64,000 bases of DNA, taken from Gekko japonicus (Eukaryota). The notes under the pieces were generated by a model, which ran no database searches, was not told the origin of the DNA, and saw only the letters and a list, made by a program, of their open reading frames with translations. Of this stretch, positions 34,101 to 46,877 are shown piece after piece (the first letter of the stretch is position 1; each line of letters starts with the position of its first letter). Position numbers and translations under genes: made by a program. The stretch lies in the NCBI RefSeq assembly GCF_001447785.1, contig NW_015171600.1, forward strand, positions 34,306 through 98,305, in the 5' to 3' direction.

Positions 34101-35756
34101 GAATCCTTATCATCTACATGTGACCTTGACAGTGTGAATGCACACTAAGTTGGCAAAATTAGGTTAGTCTTTGTCATGTGTTAGCATTCATAATATCCAT
34201 TGCAATACGTCATTTGTACCTTATGTTTTCTGTTTCAGCAGGGATACAGTGTGACTTCCAATCTGACGCTGTGATCTGGGAATCTGACAGCTGGCATGTC
34301 TTTACATGTCATTGGTTTGGTCCTAATGAGCATTCTTCACAGGTTTAATAATGCATTTCTCTTTAAGCGGAAGCCCAGTGTGCTGCCAGGGCCTAGATGA
34401 GTGGCATTGGTTATGACAGGCTGTGGGAGGTGCCGGCTGGGATGCGTCGGTGCAGCCACGGCAATAGGAAATTAGGCAGATGGCTTCCAGGGAGGTTCCA
34501 GTGGGGCAAGGGTTAAGCAGGACCCATCAGAGAATCAGCATGGCTTGGGAAGCCAGACGGCTGTTCTGCCCATGCACTTGGGAGAAATGAAACTACTTCT
34601 AGACCTGGCAGCCCAACCTTACTTACATACAGGTAAATAGGGGCCACTAGAGCCATCTTCACATTATGGCGAGTGTGCATACAGCCTGCACGTATGTGCA
34701 TACATCGAATGGTAAGAAGGAGCCAGTGCACATTTCTGTGTGCTTGTCCTGGTCTTTAGGATAGGAACCCAGTTTCTATTAAGAAATGAGAGGTGCTGTG
34801 CTCTCTTCATGGTAAGGTTTTTTAGAATAAATAAATAATTAAAACACCAAACAAGCAAACAAAATTAAATTATACAGGTTTTTAAAGTGACACCACATTG
34901 TAAATTGGCAATATCTCATTTTTAAAGCCGAACTCACCGGTTGGCTATGATGGTTCTTAGTGGTTATTAAAGAAGCATTTCATATACCTAGAAGCATTTC
35001 AAAATGCTTATTGGGGCAGTACCTTGATTTTTAAAACAATGGACGCCTCCCTGTTCAGGTCTGCTTGTAATCGTTGGAAAATTCTTTAAGAGCGCCAAGG
35101 CACTAAGAGAATTGATCCAGATCTCCTCTAGTGTTGTTTCCACAGTTTGACAATCCAGGGGATCAGGGACTAGATCAGGGGACTTGGAGATGTTCTCTTC
35201 TGATATAGACTTTAGCCAGTGACAATTCCAGGCCTCAGTTTCCTATCTTTCAGGGTGCAGGGTTGCCAGAAGATCCAAAGGGAAAAAGTCTTGTCTGTTT
35301 AATGGAGACTTAATGCGTGGAAATACACAGCTGTAGTTTTTCATGGCATGGAGGTAAATAACATCACTGGATAATTGACATCCCTTTAAAGGGAGCGGGC
35401 TTCCTTTGCTACCCAGGAATATCAGTAATTTATTTCATTTGATCAGTGTAAACATAAGCCCTAAGAACATTGGGCAGTGCCTTGCAAATCACAATTACTG
35501 TGCGATGTAAACATTGCTTTGTGAATGTAGTGGAATTACTAAAGCATTCTATGAAGGTATTGGGGAAAGGGAGCTCTAGAGGACCAGAGGCAACCCATTT
35601 ATCTGGCAGTGAAATAAGGGTCAATTTTTGGAACCTGAGGTGTTGCTGCACTTCAAGTTGGGATGACAGTTACTGCTTTAGGAACGTGGATGGAACTCCA
35701 CTGATCAGGCACCTATTTGTGGAAATTAGCGCCCGCTCTGGGCGAGTAGGGCCTTT

Positions 35757-36095
35757 CCTTGCGATGATAAGAGCACAGTGGCCCAGAGTGCAGATGGTCT
35801 GGTTGGCTATTCTGCGTCATCACAAAGGGCAAAGACATGGTGCTACAAGTGGAGACTGACCTTAAGATGGTAAGAGCAAGGTGGCCTGGAGTGCAGATAG
35901 TCTGGTCGGCTATTCTGATTCACCATGAAGGGCAGGGCCCTGGTGCTACAAGTGGAGGCTGACTTTGTGGTGATAAGAGCAAGGTGGCCCAGAGTGCAGA
36001 TACTCTGGTTGGCTATTCTGACTCACCATGAAGGGCAAGGCCCTGGTGTTACAAGCGGAAGCTGACCTTGTGATGATAAGAGCAAGGTGGCCCAG
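35757..36095. repeat. 103-bp tandem repeat, ~3.3 diverged copies
   Basis: G(A/G)TAAGAGCA recurs at 35766, 35869, 35972 and 36075. Confidence 0.85.
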
Positions 36096-36435
36096 TAGTG
36101 CTGATAGTGGGGTTGGTTATTTTGCCCTGCCAAGTATGGTGCAATTTGGAGACCCCCGCTAGGCGTACAGCCACCCGCCAGATGTGGGAGCACATGGAGG
36201 ACAGTTGAGTTCCAGGACCTGTATAGGGCTGACAGGGTGTACCTATCAAACAAGAGCAATTAGGTTATTTTTGCAGGAGTTGCTCCAAGGGATTAGATCA
36301 GTCTTGGGCTTTTAGTGGGGAGCAAAGACCAAAGCAGAGGCTTGGTCTTGGCTGTAGCAGGTTGATGTGGGCAAGAAACCGGAACTGGTGAGCACCATAC
36401 AGCATTTTCCCCATTAGGGAACAGGGGGTCATCAG

Positions 36436-36641
36436 CAATGTTCCCTCTAAGCTGTGGAGTCTTGTGTGCGAAAATTCTACTTTGTGAGCAACTGGCATTA
36501 AAGCTGTGAACCAGCGATTTGGCTACTGCATAAATCAGTTTGATCTGGAGCCATCCTTCCTGACCTAAGACAAAAATGTGTGAGCTGGAGGCTAAAAAAC
36601 TGTGAGATAGCTCACACTAACTCAGCTTAGAGGGAACACTG
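36436..36641. mobile_element. hAT-type MITE (206 bp)
   Basis: TIR CA(A/G)TGTTCCCTCTAAGCTG and a perfect 8-bp TSD GTCATCAG. Confidence 0.9.
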
Positions 36642-36975
36642 GTCATCAGGAGCTGCCTTCGTATTTCTAAGGTCCAGGGTGGGGAACAGTGATCACCTCT
36701 TCTGGGAACCTCTTAGGGTATGCTCCTCTCTGCACGTTGGAAGGTTTCAGGGGTTTCAGACCAATGGCTCAAGACCGGATGTTATGTTAAATAGTTAATA
36801 AAGTGGCCCTTGTTTACTTCCAAACCGTTGTCTGTCTCGTTATTCTGATGGGGGGGGCATACACCATTTAATTAGCCAGTGTAGTAATTTCGAGGAGACC
36901 TACTGAGGATTGTTCTCTAAAACATTTCCTCCACTCAACCCTACAGGTACCCTGCAACTGGATATTGAGAGCAAA

Positions 36976-37941
36976 ATGCTGAATTTTACCTCCACATCTG
37001 AATTCTTGCTCCTGGAATTTTCAGACATCCGAGAACTACAGATCTTATATTTCTTTGTCTTCTTAGCGGTATATGCAACTGTAGTGATTAGTAATCTTCT
37101 CATCATCATTGCTGTAGTTCTTGATCATCATCTCCACACCCCCATGTACTTCTTCCTCATGAACTTGGCTGTCCTGGACCTTGGCTCAGTTTCTGTCACG
37201 GTACCTAAAGCTATAGCCAATTCCCTCCTGAACACCAGGTCCATTTCTTATTCAGGATGTGTGGCTCAAGTATTTGTCTACGTCTTATTTGCAGGGTCAA
37301 ATTTTGCCCTCCTAACAGTAATGGCACATGATCGGTATGTTGCTATCTGCAGTCCATTGCAATATGAGACAATCATGCATAAAGGAGCCTGCATTCGAAT
37401 GGCAGCCAGTGCATGGTTTGTCGGTATACTTAATGCCACTTTACACACCAGTGGCACTTTTGCCATCACCTTCTGCTCCAACATAATCAATCAGTTCTTC
37501 TGTGAAGTTCCACAAATAGTAAAACTTTCCTGCTCAAACTTATATCTAATTGAAATTGGAATTCTTCTGTTTAGCTGCAGCTTAGTTGGAGGATGTTTTA
37601 TCTATATCATTATAACTTACATGCAGATTTTTGCAACTGTACTCAGAATGCCTTCTGTGCAGGGTCGGAAAAAAGCCCTCTCCACTTGCCTTCCCCACCT
37701 CACTGTGGTGTCTCTGCTTGTTGTCACTGCAGTGTTTGCATACTTAAGGCCTCCTGCAAAAACATCATCTGATCTTGATATCCTTTTTGCAGTGATCTAT
37801 GTTATATTACCTCCATTGCTCAATCCCTTCATCTATAGCATGAGAAACAAAGACATAAAGATTGCATTGTTGAAGCTCACTGGTTTTGGACAATTTCCCC
37901 AAATCAGCTCCAGCCAAATTTTTCTTGGAAAATGGTGTTGA
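36976..37941 (+). CDS. Olfactory receptor, class II, OR14-like (copy D), 321 aa
   Basis: Intact ORF with LHTPMYFFL, MAHDRYVAIC, FFCEVP, KALSTCLPHL, PLLNPFIYSMRN. The TM1 GN motif reads SN. Confidence 0.95.
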   Translation: MLNFTSTSEFLLLEFSDIRELQILYFFVFLAVYATVVISNLLIIIAVVLDHHLHTPMYFFLMNLAVLDLGSVSVTVPKAIANSLLNTRSISYSGCVAQVFVYVLFAGSNFALLTVMAHDRYVAICSPLQYETIMHKGACIRMAASAWFVGILNATLHTSGTFAITFCSNIINQFFCEVPQIVKLSCSNLYLIEIGILLFSCSLVGGCFIYIIITYMQIFATVLRMPSVQGRKKALSTCLPHLTVVSLLVVTAVFAYLRPPAKTSSDLDILFAVIYVILPPLLNPFIYSMRNKDIKIALLKLTGFGQFPQISSSQIFLGKWC

Positions 37942-38614
37942 ATTATCTTTTCTGGGCGATTTTCTTTATCAACATTGTAATTTGGGATATACACAATATA
38001 AAATAATATGGTTTGGTGGATTTTTTTTAAATCTGTGAAGCACAAGCAGAAGTTGGTGAGCTTTGGACTCCTCCCCCCCTTTCTTTCAGTACTCAACTGT
38101 GAGGATGGAAATTTTGAAGCTTGGAGTTTGAGTTCCCACTTGGAACAAACATGGTTTGAAACACATAATTGCAATTAGGAGGTGGAAGATATTGAGGTCA
38201 CCCTCCAGCTTTGATCCCATAAGGTCTTCTAGCTCCAATGGAAGGCATCTTTCATCACAATCCCAAACCAATAATTCTGCCTGTGTCAGAGATCACTACA
38301 CCACCACTCAAAGACTGGTGCCTGCCCCGGGAGTGGGTGCTGGCATTTGCCTGCCCCCCATTCTTTTGGAGGAAGTATGAGTGTGGGGGTAGCCAATTAT
38401 TGGTCAGCGGGGGAGCACTGGCCAATTGAGGGCTAGCTCACTGGCCAGGGTTTGGTGGCAGCTGCCCTTGCTCCTCAGATCAGCCCAGCACAAGCTCAGA
38501 AGAAGATGGAACTGTGTGTCTGGGCAACATGTGGAGCGACAATTACCTGGATGATCCCACAGCAAACTTAGCTGGGGTTTGGATCAGCCGGGGTGTGTGT
38601 GCAGGAGGTCCTGG

Positions 38615-38884
38615 TGTTATATCCGTTGACTGCCACTAGGCAACAGCAGTATGCAACCCGAGCTTGGCTCCTAAAGAACAATAGGGGCTAGGATCCTGTG
38701 AGCACCTATCAGAACTGTGGCAGGAAGTTCAAAACCTCCAATAGGACTGGTGGGGTGCCCCAGGGACTGTATATAGTTGGCCGCTCCAGCTGGTAAAAGT
38801 TGTTGTGTGTTGTGTACCAATAAACCATGAGCTGCTAATCACATAGTTTCCAGCTTCTCCATGTGTTGAACCTAGTACACAACA
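38615..38884 (+). mobile_element. Solo LTR (270 bp)
   Basis: TGTT...AACA ends; 5-bp TSD CCTGG; TATATA at ~38769; AATAAA at 38819. Empty site at ~63603. Confidence 0.87.
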
Positions 38885-39779
38885 CCTGGGTTGGCTGCAG
38901 GCACATTTCATCAGTGGGGGAAAGTCCCTGGGTGTTGGCAGCCAGTGTTTGTAGGTAATTCCAGCCAAGCCTCCCTTTGGATTTTGGGTGTGAGCCACGG
39001 CAGCCAGCTGGCTGGCAGCTGGTGCTTGCCTACCTGCCACACTAGCTCACTGATCGGGGTGAGCACTCCCCCCCACTTGGCAGGTTGCCAATACGTCAGG
39101 CGACTGCAGGCCTCTGCCACCCCCGCTTGCTGGCTGGTGCCTGCCTCCCTGCCATGCCATCTCACTTTTTGCGAGAGCCCTCCCCACCACAGCAGGTCAC
39201 TGCCTCACCAGGCGGTCATATGGTGGGTTGCAGTAGTGGATGAGGCCTCCCCATGCCTTGCCTCCAATAGTGGGAGGCTGCATACCCTGCCAGCGATATG
39301 GTGCCTGGGGAGCAGATGGCCACAGCTGCCAGCAGGTTCCATTTACCAGAGGGCCATGGCTGGCTGCAGCTGGGGGCTGGTGCTCTCCTCGTAACTCGAG
39401 CCAGAAAGGGGTCGAGGGCCAGATAGGAATGGGCCAGACACACTCCTCTGGCCTGGTGGTGGACCCCAAATCATCTCAGGGTAGTCTGATTGGTTTCCGT
39501 ATCACCCTTTGTCTGCAGAGGGTCCCAGGTGCACTTCCCAGCATCTCCATTCCAAAGGGCTAGACGATGGGGCAGGCGGAAGACTTTTTCCATGGACTCG
39601 GGACAGGCCAGTCAGTTCTCATATTGCCCTTGCAGCAGAGCAACTTACATCTTTAGTGATGCTCTGAGCCCTGCGCTAAAACCGCTCTCTTCCCCGGAGA
39701 GGGCCAGGGCCACAGTAAACGAGTGTCTGCATTGTCTGCAAGTTCACTTCTCAGCCTCTCCATTGAGAAAAATAAAAAG

Positions 39780-40335
39780 TATTGGTCTTGGATACAGGAA
39801 CTGTTACAAAAAATGTTGAAAATCACTGTGCCTTATATACCAGAACTGTTTTTTGTTGAATATAATGCCAGAAAATTATAAGAGACAAGACTGCTATTTT
39901 ACTATACATATCCTAACAGCAGCAAGGATGTTATATGCAAAATATTGAAGAAGAGCAGAAGTACCTACAAAAGAAGAAGCTGTAGTCAAAATATTGGAAA
40001 CTGCTGAGATGGACAAATTGACTATGATATTAAGAGGAAATATCAAAGAAGACTTTGAAAACACATGGTCAAGATTTTATGATTGGATTGAAGAATATAA
40101 TAACTAAAATTCCTGCACATCTAACCTCTACTGAAACAAAAAAAAAAACTAAGGAACTAAGAATTATAGACTTAACTACTGATAAAATGTATGGTGGGAA
40201 AAAGTAAGAAATTTTTTTAGACCCTAATAAGATATCAAAAAAAAGGGGTAAAATGATAGAATCTCCATTTTATGTGTATTAATGTATGTTTGTTTCTTTT
40301 TGTCTTATAAAATTGAAATAAAAATACATGAAAAA
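39780..40335 (+). mobile_element. Decayed L1/Tx1-clade 3' fragment
   Basis: A-rich; encodes ...ILTAARMLYAKY*... like the end of L1 ORF2; AATAAA and an A tail. Confidence 0.6.
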
Positions 40336-41179
40336 GAATGAATCCATAACCATGTATGAGATAAATCCTAGCTACCTTAATCTAATTTCCCCACTTTGAT
40401 TGCATTTCCAAGCACTACTGAGAATATATGTATGACACCAGCTGATGTGTGTTGCCCTTTACTGATAGCCAGCTGCACAGCATCTTCCTGCAGAGGCTGA
40501 GAGGCTTTCTTGTTGAATTGCTGGGGTCGTCCTTTCAGGTGAAATAAGTAATTGAGTTGGATTCAGCCAAGATTTCTGCTGGTGAAAAAGGAAGGAAAGG
40601 TCCCCTTTGTCCACCAGGAGAAGCTCTGTTGGGGTTCTGCACAGACAAAAGCTGTAAGCAATCAGGGGCTGTAGGGATGCCAGCCTCCAGGTGGCACCTG
40701 GGGATCTCCTGGCATTATAGTTCATCTCCAGAGTAGAGAGATCAGTTCCCCTTGGGGGTGAAATGGATGTTTTGGAGGGTGGACCATGTGGCATTGTACT
40801 CCACCAAGGTCCCTGTCCTCCCCAGGCTCCGTCCACTAATCTACAGGCGTTTCCCAACCTGTATCTGTCAACCCTACCCTCTCACCCCCTGTTGGTGGCC
40901 AGGGGGCACCTGGTAACCCTAAATACCATTGGAGTTATGCTAGGGCCTAGAGCTTTCTCAGTCCTCAATTGCTAGCCTTAACCTTTCATTATATGAGAAT
41001 CTACTCTCTGCCTAGAAGGAAACTGCAGTTGCCACAGACTTCTGATTAATGCATCTGGGGTGTGTTGGGACCTACAGTTCTTCATGTTACTGGATTAGAC
41101 CTGAATTTTCCTGAAAATTTGCCCTGCATTCTGCATGTTCATCCAGTATCCAAGGAACGAATCCAGTTATTAGTCATAC

Positions 41180-41554
41180 CAGGGGTCATTTCGTAGAAAA
41201 AGTGGTGCAGGAGCTCATTAGCATAATTCATTAGCATAACTTATTTGCATATGCCACACCACCTGACAAAGGGCGGGCATGTTTAAAATGCCTTTCTTTC
41301 CCTTCCCCAGATGGGGAAGGGAAAGAAAGGCCTTTAAATCCCCCCCACTTCCCCGAGTTTCTCTGTAAAAGTGGAAACACTCAGGGGAAGATGGGGGCAT
41401 GTCTGCCTGCCTGCCCTTCCCTTCCCCAGCCAACCTGCCATGGCAGACTGGCTGGGGAAGCAAAGGGCAGCATGCAAGCATGCCTGGGTTCCCTACTCCT
41501 GGGCTTTTTACTCCCGGAACACCGTTCCTGCTCGTTCCCCCTCGAAATGACCCC
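41180..41554. mobile_element. MITE with CAGGGGTCATTTCG TIRs (hAT-like)
   Basis: Inverted termini and an internal hairpin at 41422-41460; no clear TSD. Confidence 0.6.
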
Positions 41555-41574
41555 ACTTTTTGTCAATGGGGGTC

Positions 41575-41762
41575 CAAAGTGGCTTATAAAATCCTCCCCA
41601 CCTCCATTCTATCCTGCCAGCAATCCTGTGAGGTAGGTTAGGCTGAGAGTGTGTGACTGGCCCAAGGTCACCCAGCAAGCTTCCATTCCATGGCAGAGTG
41701 GGGATTCAAAAATGGGTCTCTCAGATCCTAGTCCAACACTCTAGTCATCTGCTACACTGGCT
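41575..41762 (-). mobile_element. tRNA-derived SINE (older subfamily)
   Basis: Minus strand GCCAGTGTAG...TGAATCCCCACTCTGCCATG, followed by a SINE-like body. Confidence 0.65.
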
Positions 41763-41904
41763 TTGAAGCTTCCCCAGGTTTACTATAATTTTTCCCAATC
41801 CAACTCAACATGTTTACTGTACTTCTAAGGATAGTCATGTAGGGTCACTCATTGTGGTATAGAAAATTGTCTTTTTTTGGGGGGGGGAATTGTCATGTCA
41901 CTCA

Positions 41905-42171
41905 GACCGATTTTCCACAATCCACCGCTCTGCCCTTGCTCTTCCTTTCCCCCCGACTGGATGCATCAATTTCTCACTATTTGCTGTGTGGCCGCATTTT
42001 GACCCGCACCTTCGGACGATTTCTCCCGTGTCTTCTCGATCCTATTTGTTGAGGATTGAGAAGAGGTGGGAGTAATCGGCTGAAGCTGCCGGTCAAATGT
42101 GGGAAATTGACACATGCAATTGGGGGAAAGGGGAGAGCGAGGGTGGAGCAGCGGCTTGTGGGAAATCAGTC
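41905..42171. mobile_element. Palindromic MITE, second Harbinger-like family
   Basis: GACCGATTTTCCACA...TGTGGGAAATCAGTC with long imperfect arms; flanked by TCA/TTA. Confidence 0.65.
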
Positions 42172-44522
42172 TTATTCAATGTAAATTATGTCATCTGTCA
42201 TCCTCCTCATACGCCTTATTTCACATTCTGATACCTTATTTGAAATCAGGAATTTTTGATACCAAGTTTGGTCTTGAATTATTTATTCAAAAAAGTTACA
42301 AAAATATATGCAACTATACAGCAGAGGGAGGGCGGGATCTGTATTTCCCATCAGGTACATAGGACTTAGGGGAGCAATTTGTGAAGCAGGTGGAACAGAC
42401 TGCAAATTAATCTTCTCACACATCGAGCCTTTCTAAGACAGGTTTAGACAGGAATCTGACACATGTACTGTGGCAAGTTCCAGGAGAAGCTTGTGGGAAT
42501 GGGCTGGGGGGAAAACTGTTTACATTTTAACCTTCAAAAAACAAACTGATTCTTAAATTTAAACTTCTAAGTCTTGATTTGTTCTGGGTGTTATTCTTTC
42601 CTTTTTTCTGTGCTGTTGTCTCGAAAAAGGCTGTTTGATGTTTCCTTTCTTCTTACCTATCTAACAGTCTTTCTGAATGTTATCACTTTCCTGTGCCAGG
42701 GGAATTGGTTCATTGGATGCATGTTAAACTGTGGGATTCACCACTTAGGCTCTGACGGAGTATGAGAGTTCTCTTGGCTTGGGACCTTTTCTGAACTCTC
42801 AGAGCCACAAGTTCTACTTCCCAGCCTGTAGGCAAATTGTTTAAACTTTTAATATTTCAGCTGGCATACAACCATGCATGGGATACTTAATTCCTTCTTT
42901 GAATCCATCTCCATATCTGTGTCATAGTTGAGGAGGATCAATGTTCAGGAATCGGCACAAACATTCAATTTACATATAAGGAAGTCAGTCAGCTGAATTA
43001 AAGAATGAATGGGGAAGATGGGCAATAAGGCTAAGATTTGCTGTCAGCCATGGTCCGATAGTGATCACCTAACTATCTGCTGCCCACATGTTCAGAGCGG
43101 AGGATTGATTTTCCTTGACTTGCAACATCAGTGCCGATGTGAAAGAATAAGGTGAGTATATAGTCCATCCCAAATTATTCTTTTTTGCTGAGCCTTTTTG
43201 GATTAGTATGTCTCCAGTCCTGAAATAGCTGGTGCATGCCCCAGTAAGTCAGTTGCACCATCAGTGGTGCTGTTAAGAAATGCTTGTCATGACATTGATT
43301 AACCTGAAAGTTCTCTTTGTGATCAGGAGGGAATGGCTTCCCTGGTTTCTTGTGTGTGCATGTGTGTGTGCAGGTAGGAAAAAGTGATAGGTAACTGTTG
43401 TACATGGACAATGAGTTCTCTGCTATGGATTCACCAGTTGTCCTGTTGTTGCACTCATCTGTTTGCATTCTAATCTTCTAGCCCTTTGAGTGCACCAAAC
43501 CAGCTATTTGGCTAGTAGAATGTGAGTTCTCATTCAATCACCCAAAATGCTGGGTTCATGAGATCTTCATGGGCAGATGCCATATGGGATGGGGGCTGCA
43601 GTAAGAAGGGGATTTGAATGAGACTGAGTGGGAAAAAAAGTGGCTGGTTCCAATCCTGTGCATTGTGCTTGTGGCATATTGACTTTTGTGTTGAGGTGAT
43701 CTGGTAAATCCTGTATAATCTGACATCTCAAAAAAGCTTTACTAAAGCCCAAACACAAAGCATACAACTTAGTAATCATGGGATAAGACTGATATAAGAA
43801 TTAGTACATGATTGATAGGTAAAAATAGAGCATTATCTAAATTGTTCTTGAGTGATCAGACACCAACTGCCAGCCAAGGGAAGACTGGTTGCTGATGAAG
43901 ATCTCATTGCTCAGCACCAGACCCTTGCCTATGTGAGGAGCTCCTGCCAGCCAACTACCAAGTGTCCATCAACAGAAGACCAGCTGCTCAGCCCACCTCC
44001 CCTGCCAACCTGCCAGCAAGATGTTTACGGTGCAATTTAGTATTTTATTCTCATTTAAAGTGAGTTATGTTATTTGCCTTGAGAAGATCTTTGGCTGTAT
44101 GTATTTTCTAAATCAGGACTAAGCTATGAATTAGATTTGCACAGGACTCCAAATTAGCCAGGATGGTGAAAATCCAAGGATACTCCAAAAGTATCATTTT
44201 GAAATTGGTGATTGGGCATCAATGCAACAAAGGATATTCAGTGTAAATACATGCAAACTGACGTACACATGGGTTTTGGGGACAATTTGGGAACAATTCT
44301 CAGCAGTTCTATTCAGAAGTCTGTCATATTTTATTCATTGGGACTTACTTCTAGGACTGCATTCTTATTGTCTCAACTTCCACATAACTGGAAGGGTCTT
44401 TTGAAATGGAGAAAAGGCTTTGGGGTTATGGTGAGTGAGTAATACTGTGTATAGATCTAGTGTATAGTTCTAGCTACCCTGTCACAGAGCTGGAAAAACC
44501 CACAGAAAAGGCAACATTAATG

Positions 44523-44863
44523 TTATTGTACATGAGGAAAAGCTAAAGTATTTGTAGCTGTTTAATTTAGGGGAAAGGATGAAAAGAAGAGAGAGTGAGG
44601 AGAGACTGGAGAGAAAAAAAGTTCTCCCTCTTGAGTGACACTAGAATTTGGGTTCTGCCAAAGAGAAAGACTATCAATAGATACAGAAGAAATTTATTGT
44701 ACATGAGGAAAAGCTAAAGTATTTGTAGCTGTTTAATTTAGGGGAAAGAATGAAAAGAAGAGAGACTGCGGAGAGACTGGAGAGAAAAAAAAGTTCTCCC
44801 TCTTGAGTGACACTAGAATTTGGGTTCTGCCAAAGAGAAAGACTATCAATAGATACAGAGGAA
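44523..44863. repeat. Direct tandem duplication, 171 bp x 2
   Basis: TTATTGTACATGAGG... starts at 44523 and 44694; only a few differences. Confidence 0.92.
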
Positions 44864-45137
44864 ACAACAGAACATTTTTTCTCTAATTACATCATTTATT
44901 TTGGAATTCTTCACCAGAAGATGTTTTGCTAGCCACAAGAGTAATTACTTGTGAAATGGGATTAGATAAAATTAGGGAAGATAGGTCTTCTGCTGACTAT
45001 TAGATATTATAACTAAATTGAATGTTCAGGAGTCAGCCCGTCTTTCTCTCTCAAACAATTTATCACACAGTACTGTTAGTAATGGGAGAAGGGAACCATT
45101 GTGCCACCCTGAGCTCCTTGAATGATGGTGGTGGAGA

Positions 45138-45335
45138 ATGCTGTCAAGTCACAGCGGTCTTATGGCCACCCCGTAGGGTTTTCAAGGCAAGAGACTTTCA
45201 GAGGTGGTTTGCCATTGCCTGCCTCTGCATCGTGACCCTGGTATTCCTTGGAGGTCTCCCATCCAAATACTAGCCAGGGCTGACCCTGCTTAGCTTCCAA
45301 GATCTGACAAGATCAGGCTAGCCTGGGCTATCCAG
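45138..45335 (-). mobile_element. 5S rRNA-derived SINE, second copy
   Basis: Same head and body as 17675-17878, with different flanks. Confidence 0.82.
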
Positions 45336-45933
45336 ATCATGGTTCCTTAACCTTGAAGGAAGTGTGGGATTTTAAAAATGAGCTATGTAAGTAATTCAAT
45401 AAAATATGCATACATCTCAGGAGAGGATGAGAAGACTATGCCCTTCCTGTCCCACTGGTGAGTTTCCAAGAAGTATCTGGCTTGCCAGTGTGGGCAAGGT
45501 ACTGGACTAGATGGAACCTTGCTTAAGAATCCCCTTGAAGTCATTTCTTAAAGACTGGAAGAATTCAAATAAACGAAGTATGGTTGTGGGATAATGTGCC
45601 TTCACATGCAATGCATTGCTTATTTCTGACTGCACACAAATTAAATGTATGTAGCTGTCCTTGTGCTATGTGTGATAATTCCTGATTGAATTATCAGACA
45701 AATTATACCTGCTCAGGTATGCATATAGGTCTGTGTAACCTAGTGGAGATCAGTCTGTGAAAGTTGAGATAAAGATGGTAGATGCAATCTTAATAAAGTT
45801 AAGTGTCCTCTCATTCAACACAGGTTTATTTGGTGGACTGAGATTCTCAGAATATGCAATTCTGATCAACCTTGAATTAATATTGGTACTACTTTGTCTC
45901 ACAGATACCAAGAATCAAAGTTTTGAGGACAAA

Positions 45934-46860
45934 ATGCCTAACATTACCAGCACTTCCACGTTTCTGCTCCTGGAATTTACAGAGATCCGAACCCTACAGA
46001 TTTTACACTTCTCTGCATTCCTAGGATTGTACTTGGTAGCTGTGACCAACAATCTTCTCATCACCATTTTGGTAACTCTTGATCATCACCTGCACAGCCC
46101 GATGTACTTTTTCTTAATGAACTTGGGTGTTATGGATATTGGTTCCATTTCTGTTATGGTACCCAAAGCTATGTTTAATTCCCTCATGAACACCAGGTCA
46201 ATCTCTTATTCTGGATGTGTTGCTCAGGTTTTCTTCTTCTTTGCCTTTGCAACCTCTGACCTTGCCCTTCTCACAATAATGGCATATGATCGATATGTCG
46301 CTATCTGCAAGCCATTGCTATATGAGTTAATTATGCACAGAGGAGCCTGCATTCAGATGGCAGTCAGTGCATGGGTTAGTGGCATTCTTAATGCTACATT
46401 ACATACTGGAGGTACTTTTTCTATTACCTTCTGCTCCAATGTGGTCAATCAATTCTTTTGTGAAGTCCCCCATTTATTAAAGCTCGCCTGCTCTGACTTG
46501 TACTTAGTTGAAGTTGGCCTTCTGGTGCTTAACTGTAGCATTGTGCTAGGATGCTTTATGTTCATCATCGTAACCTATATGAAGATTTTTGCTGCAGTGC
46601 TCAGAATCCCTTCTGTTCAGGGCCAGAAGAAAGCCCTCTCCACTTGCCTTCCCCACCTCATTGTGGTATCTCTACTTGTATTCAGTGGGATCTTTGCCTA
46701 TGCAAGGCCTCCCACTAATACTTCTTCTCATCTAGATGTAGTTTTTGCTGTGATATATACTATCATCTCTCCGTTGCTCAATCCACTCATCTATAGCATG
46801 AGAAACAAAGAGATCAAGACTGCATTAATGAAGCTTTTCTGTTTGGGGCATTTTTTCTAA
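45934..46860 (+). CDS. Olfactory receptor, class II, OR14-like (copy E, more divergent), 308 aa
   Basis: MPNITSTS..., LHSPMYFFL, canonical MAYDRYVAIC, KALSTCLPHL, PLLNPLIYSMRN. The ORF-track 5' extension lies upstream of the predicted splice acceptor. Confidence 0.96.
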   Translation: MPNITSTSTFLLLEFTEIRTLQILHFSAFLGLYLVAVTNNLLITILVTLDHHLHSPMYFFLMNLGVMDIGSISVMVPKAMFNSLMNTRSISYSGCVAQVFFFFAFATSDLALLTIMAYDRYVAICKPLLYELIMHRGACIQMAVSAWVSGILNATLHTGGTFSITFCSNVVNQFFCEVPHLLKLACSDLYLVEVGLLVLNCSIVLGCFMFIIVTYMKIFAAVLRIPSVQGQKKALSTCLPHLIVVSLLVFSGIFAYARPPTNTSSHLDVVFAVIYTIISPLLNPLIYSMRNKEIKTALMKLFCLGHFF

Positions 46861-46877
46861 AATCATCACCAGCAAAG

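Larger units (their letters stand above)
33358..36890. other. ~3.5-kb composite insertion upstream of the OR copy D coding exon
   Basis: Alignment to copies A and F breaks at 33357 and resumes at ~36891. Contains GC-rich repeats, a 103-bp tandem, a hAT MITE and an LTR-like end. Confidence 0.75.

Noticed and set aside
38729-39819. Overlapping ORFs in GC-rich sequence (also 33327-34001)
   Set aside because: No recognisable domain, and the paralog at 63300-64000 does not keep the same ORFs.
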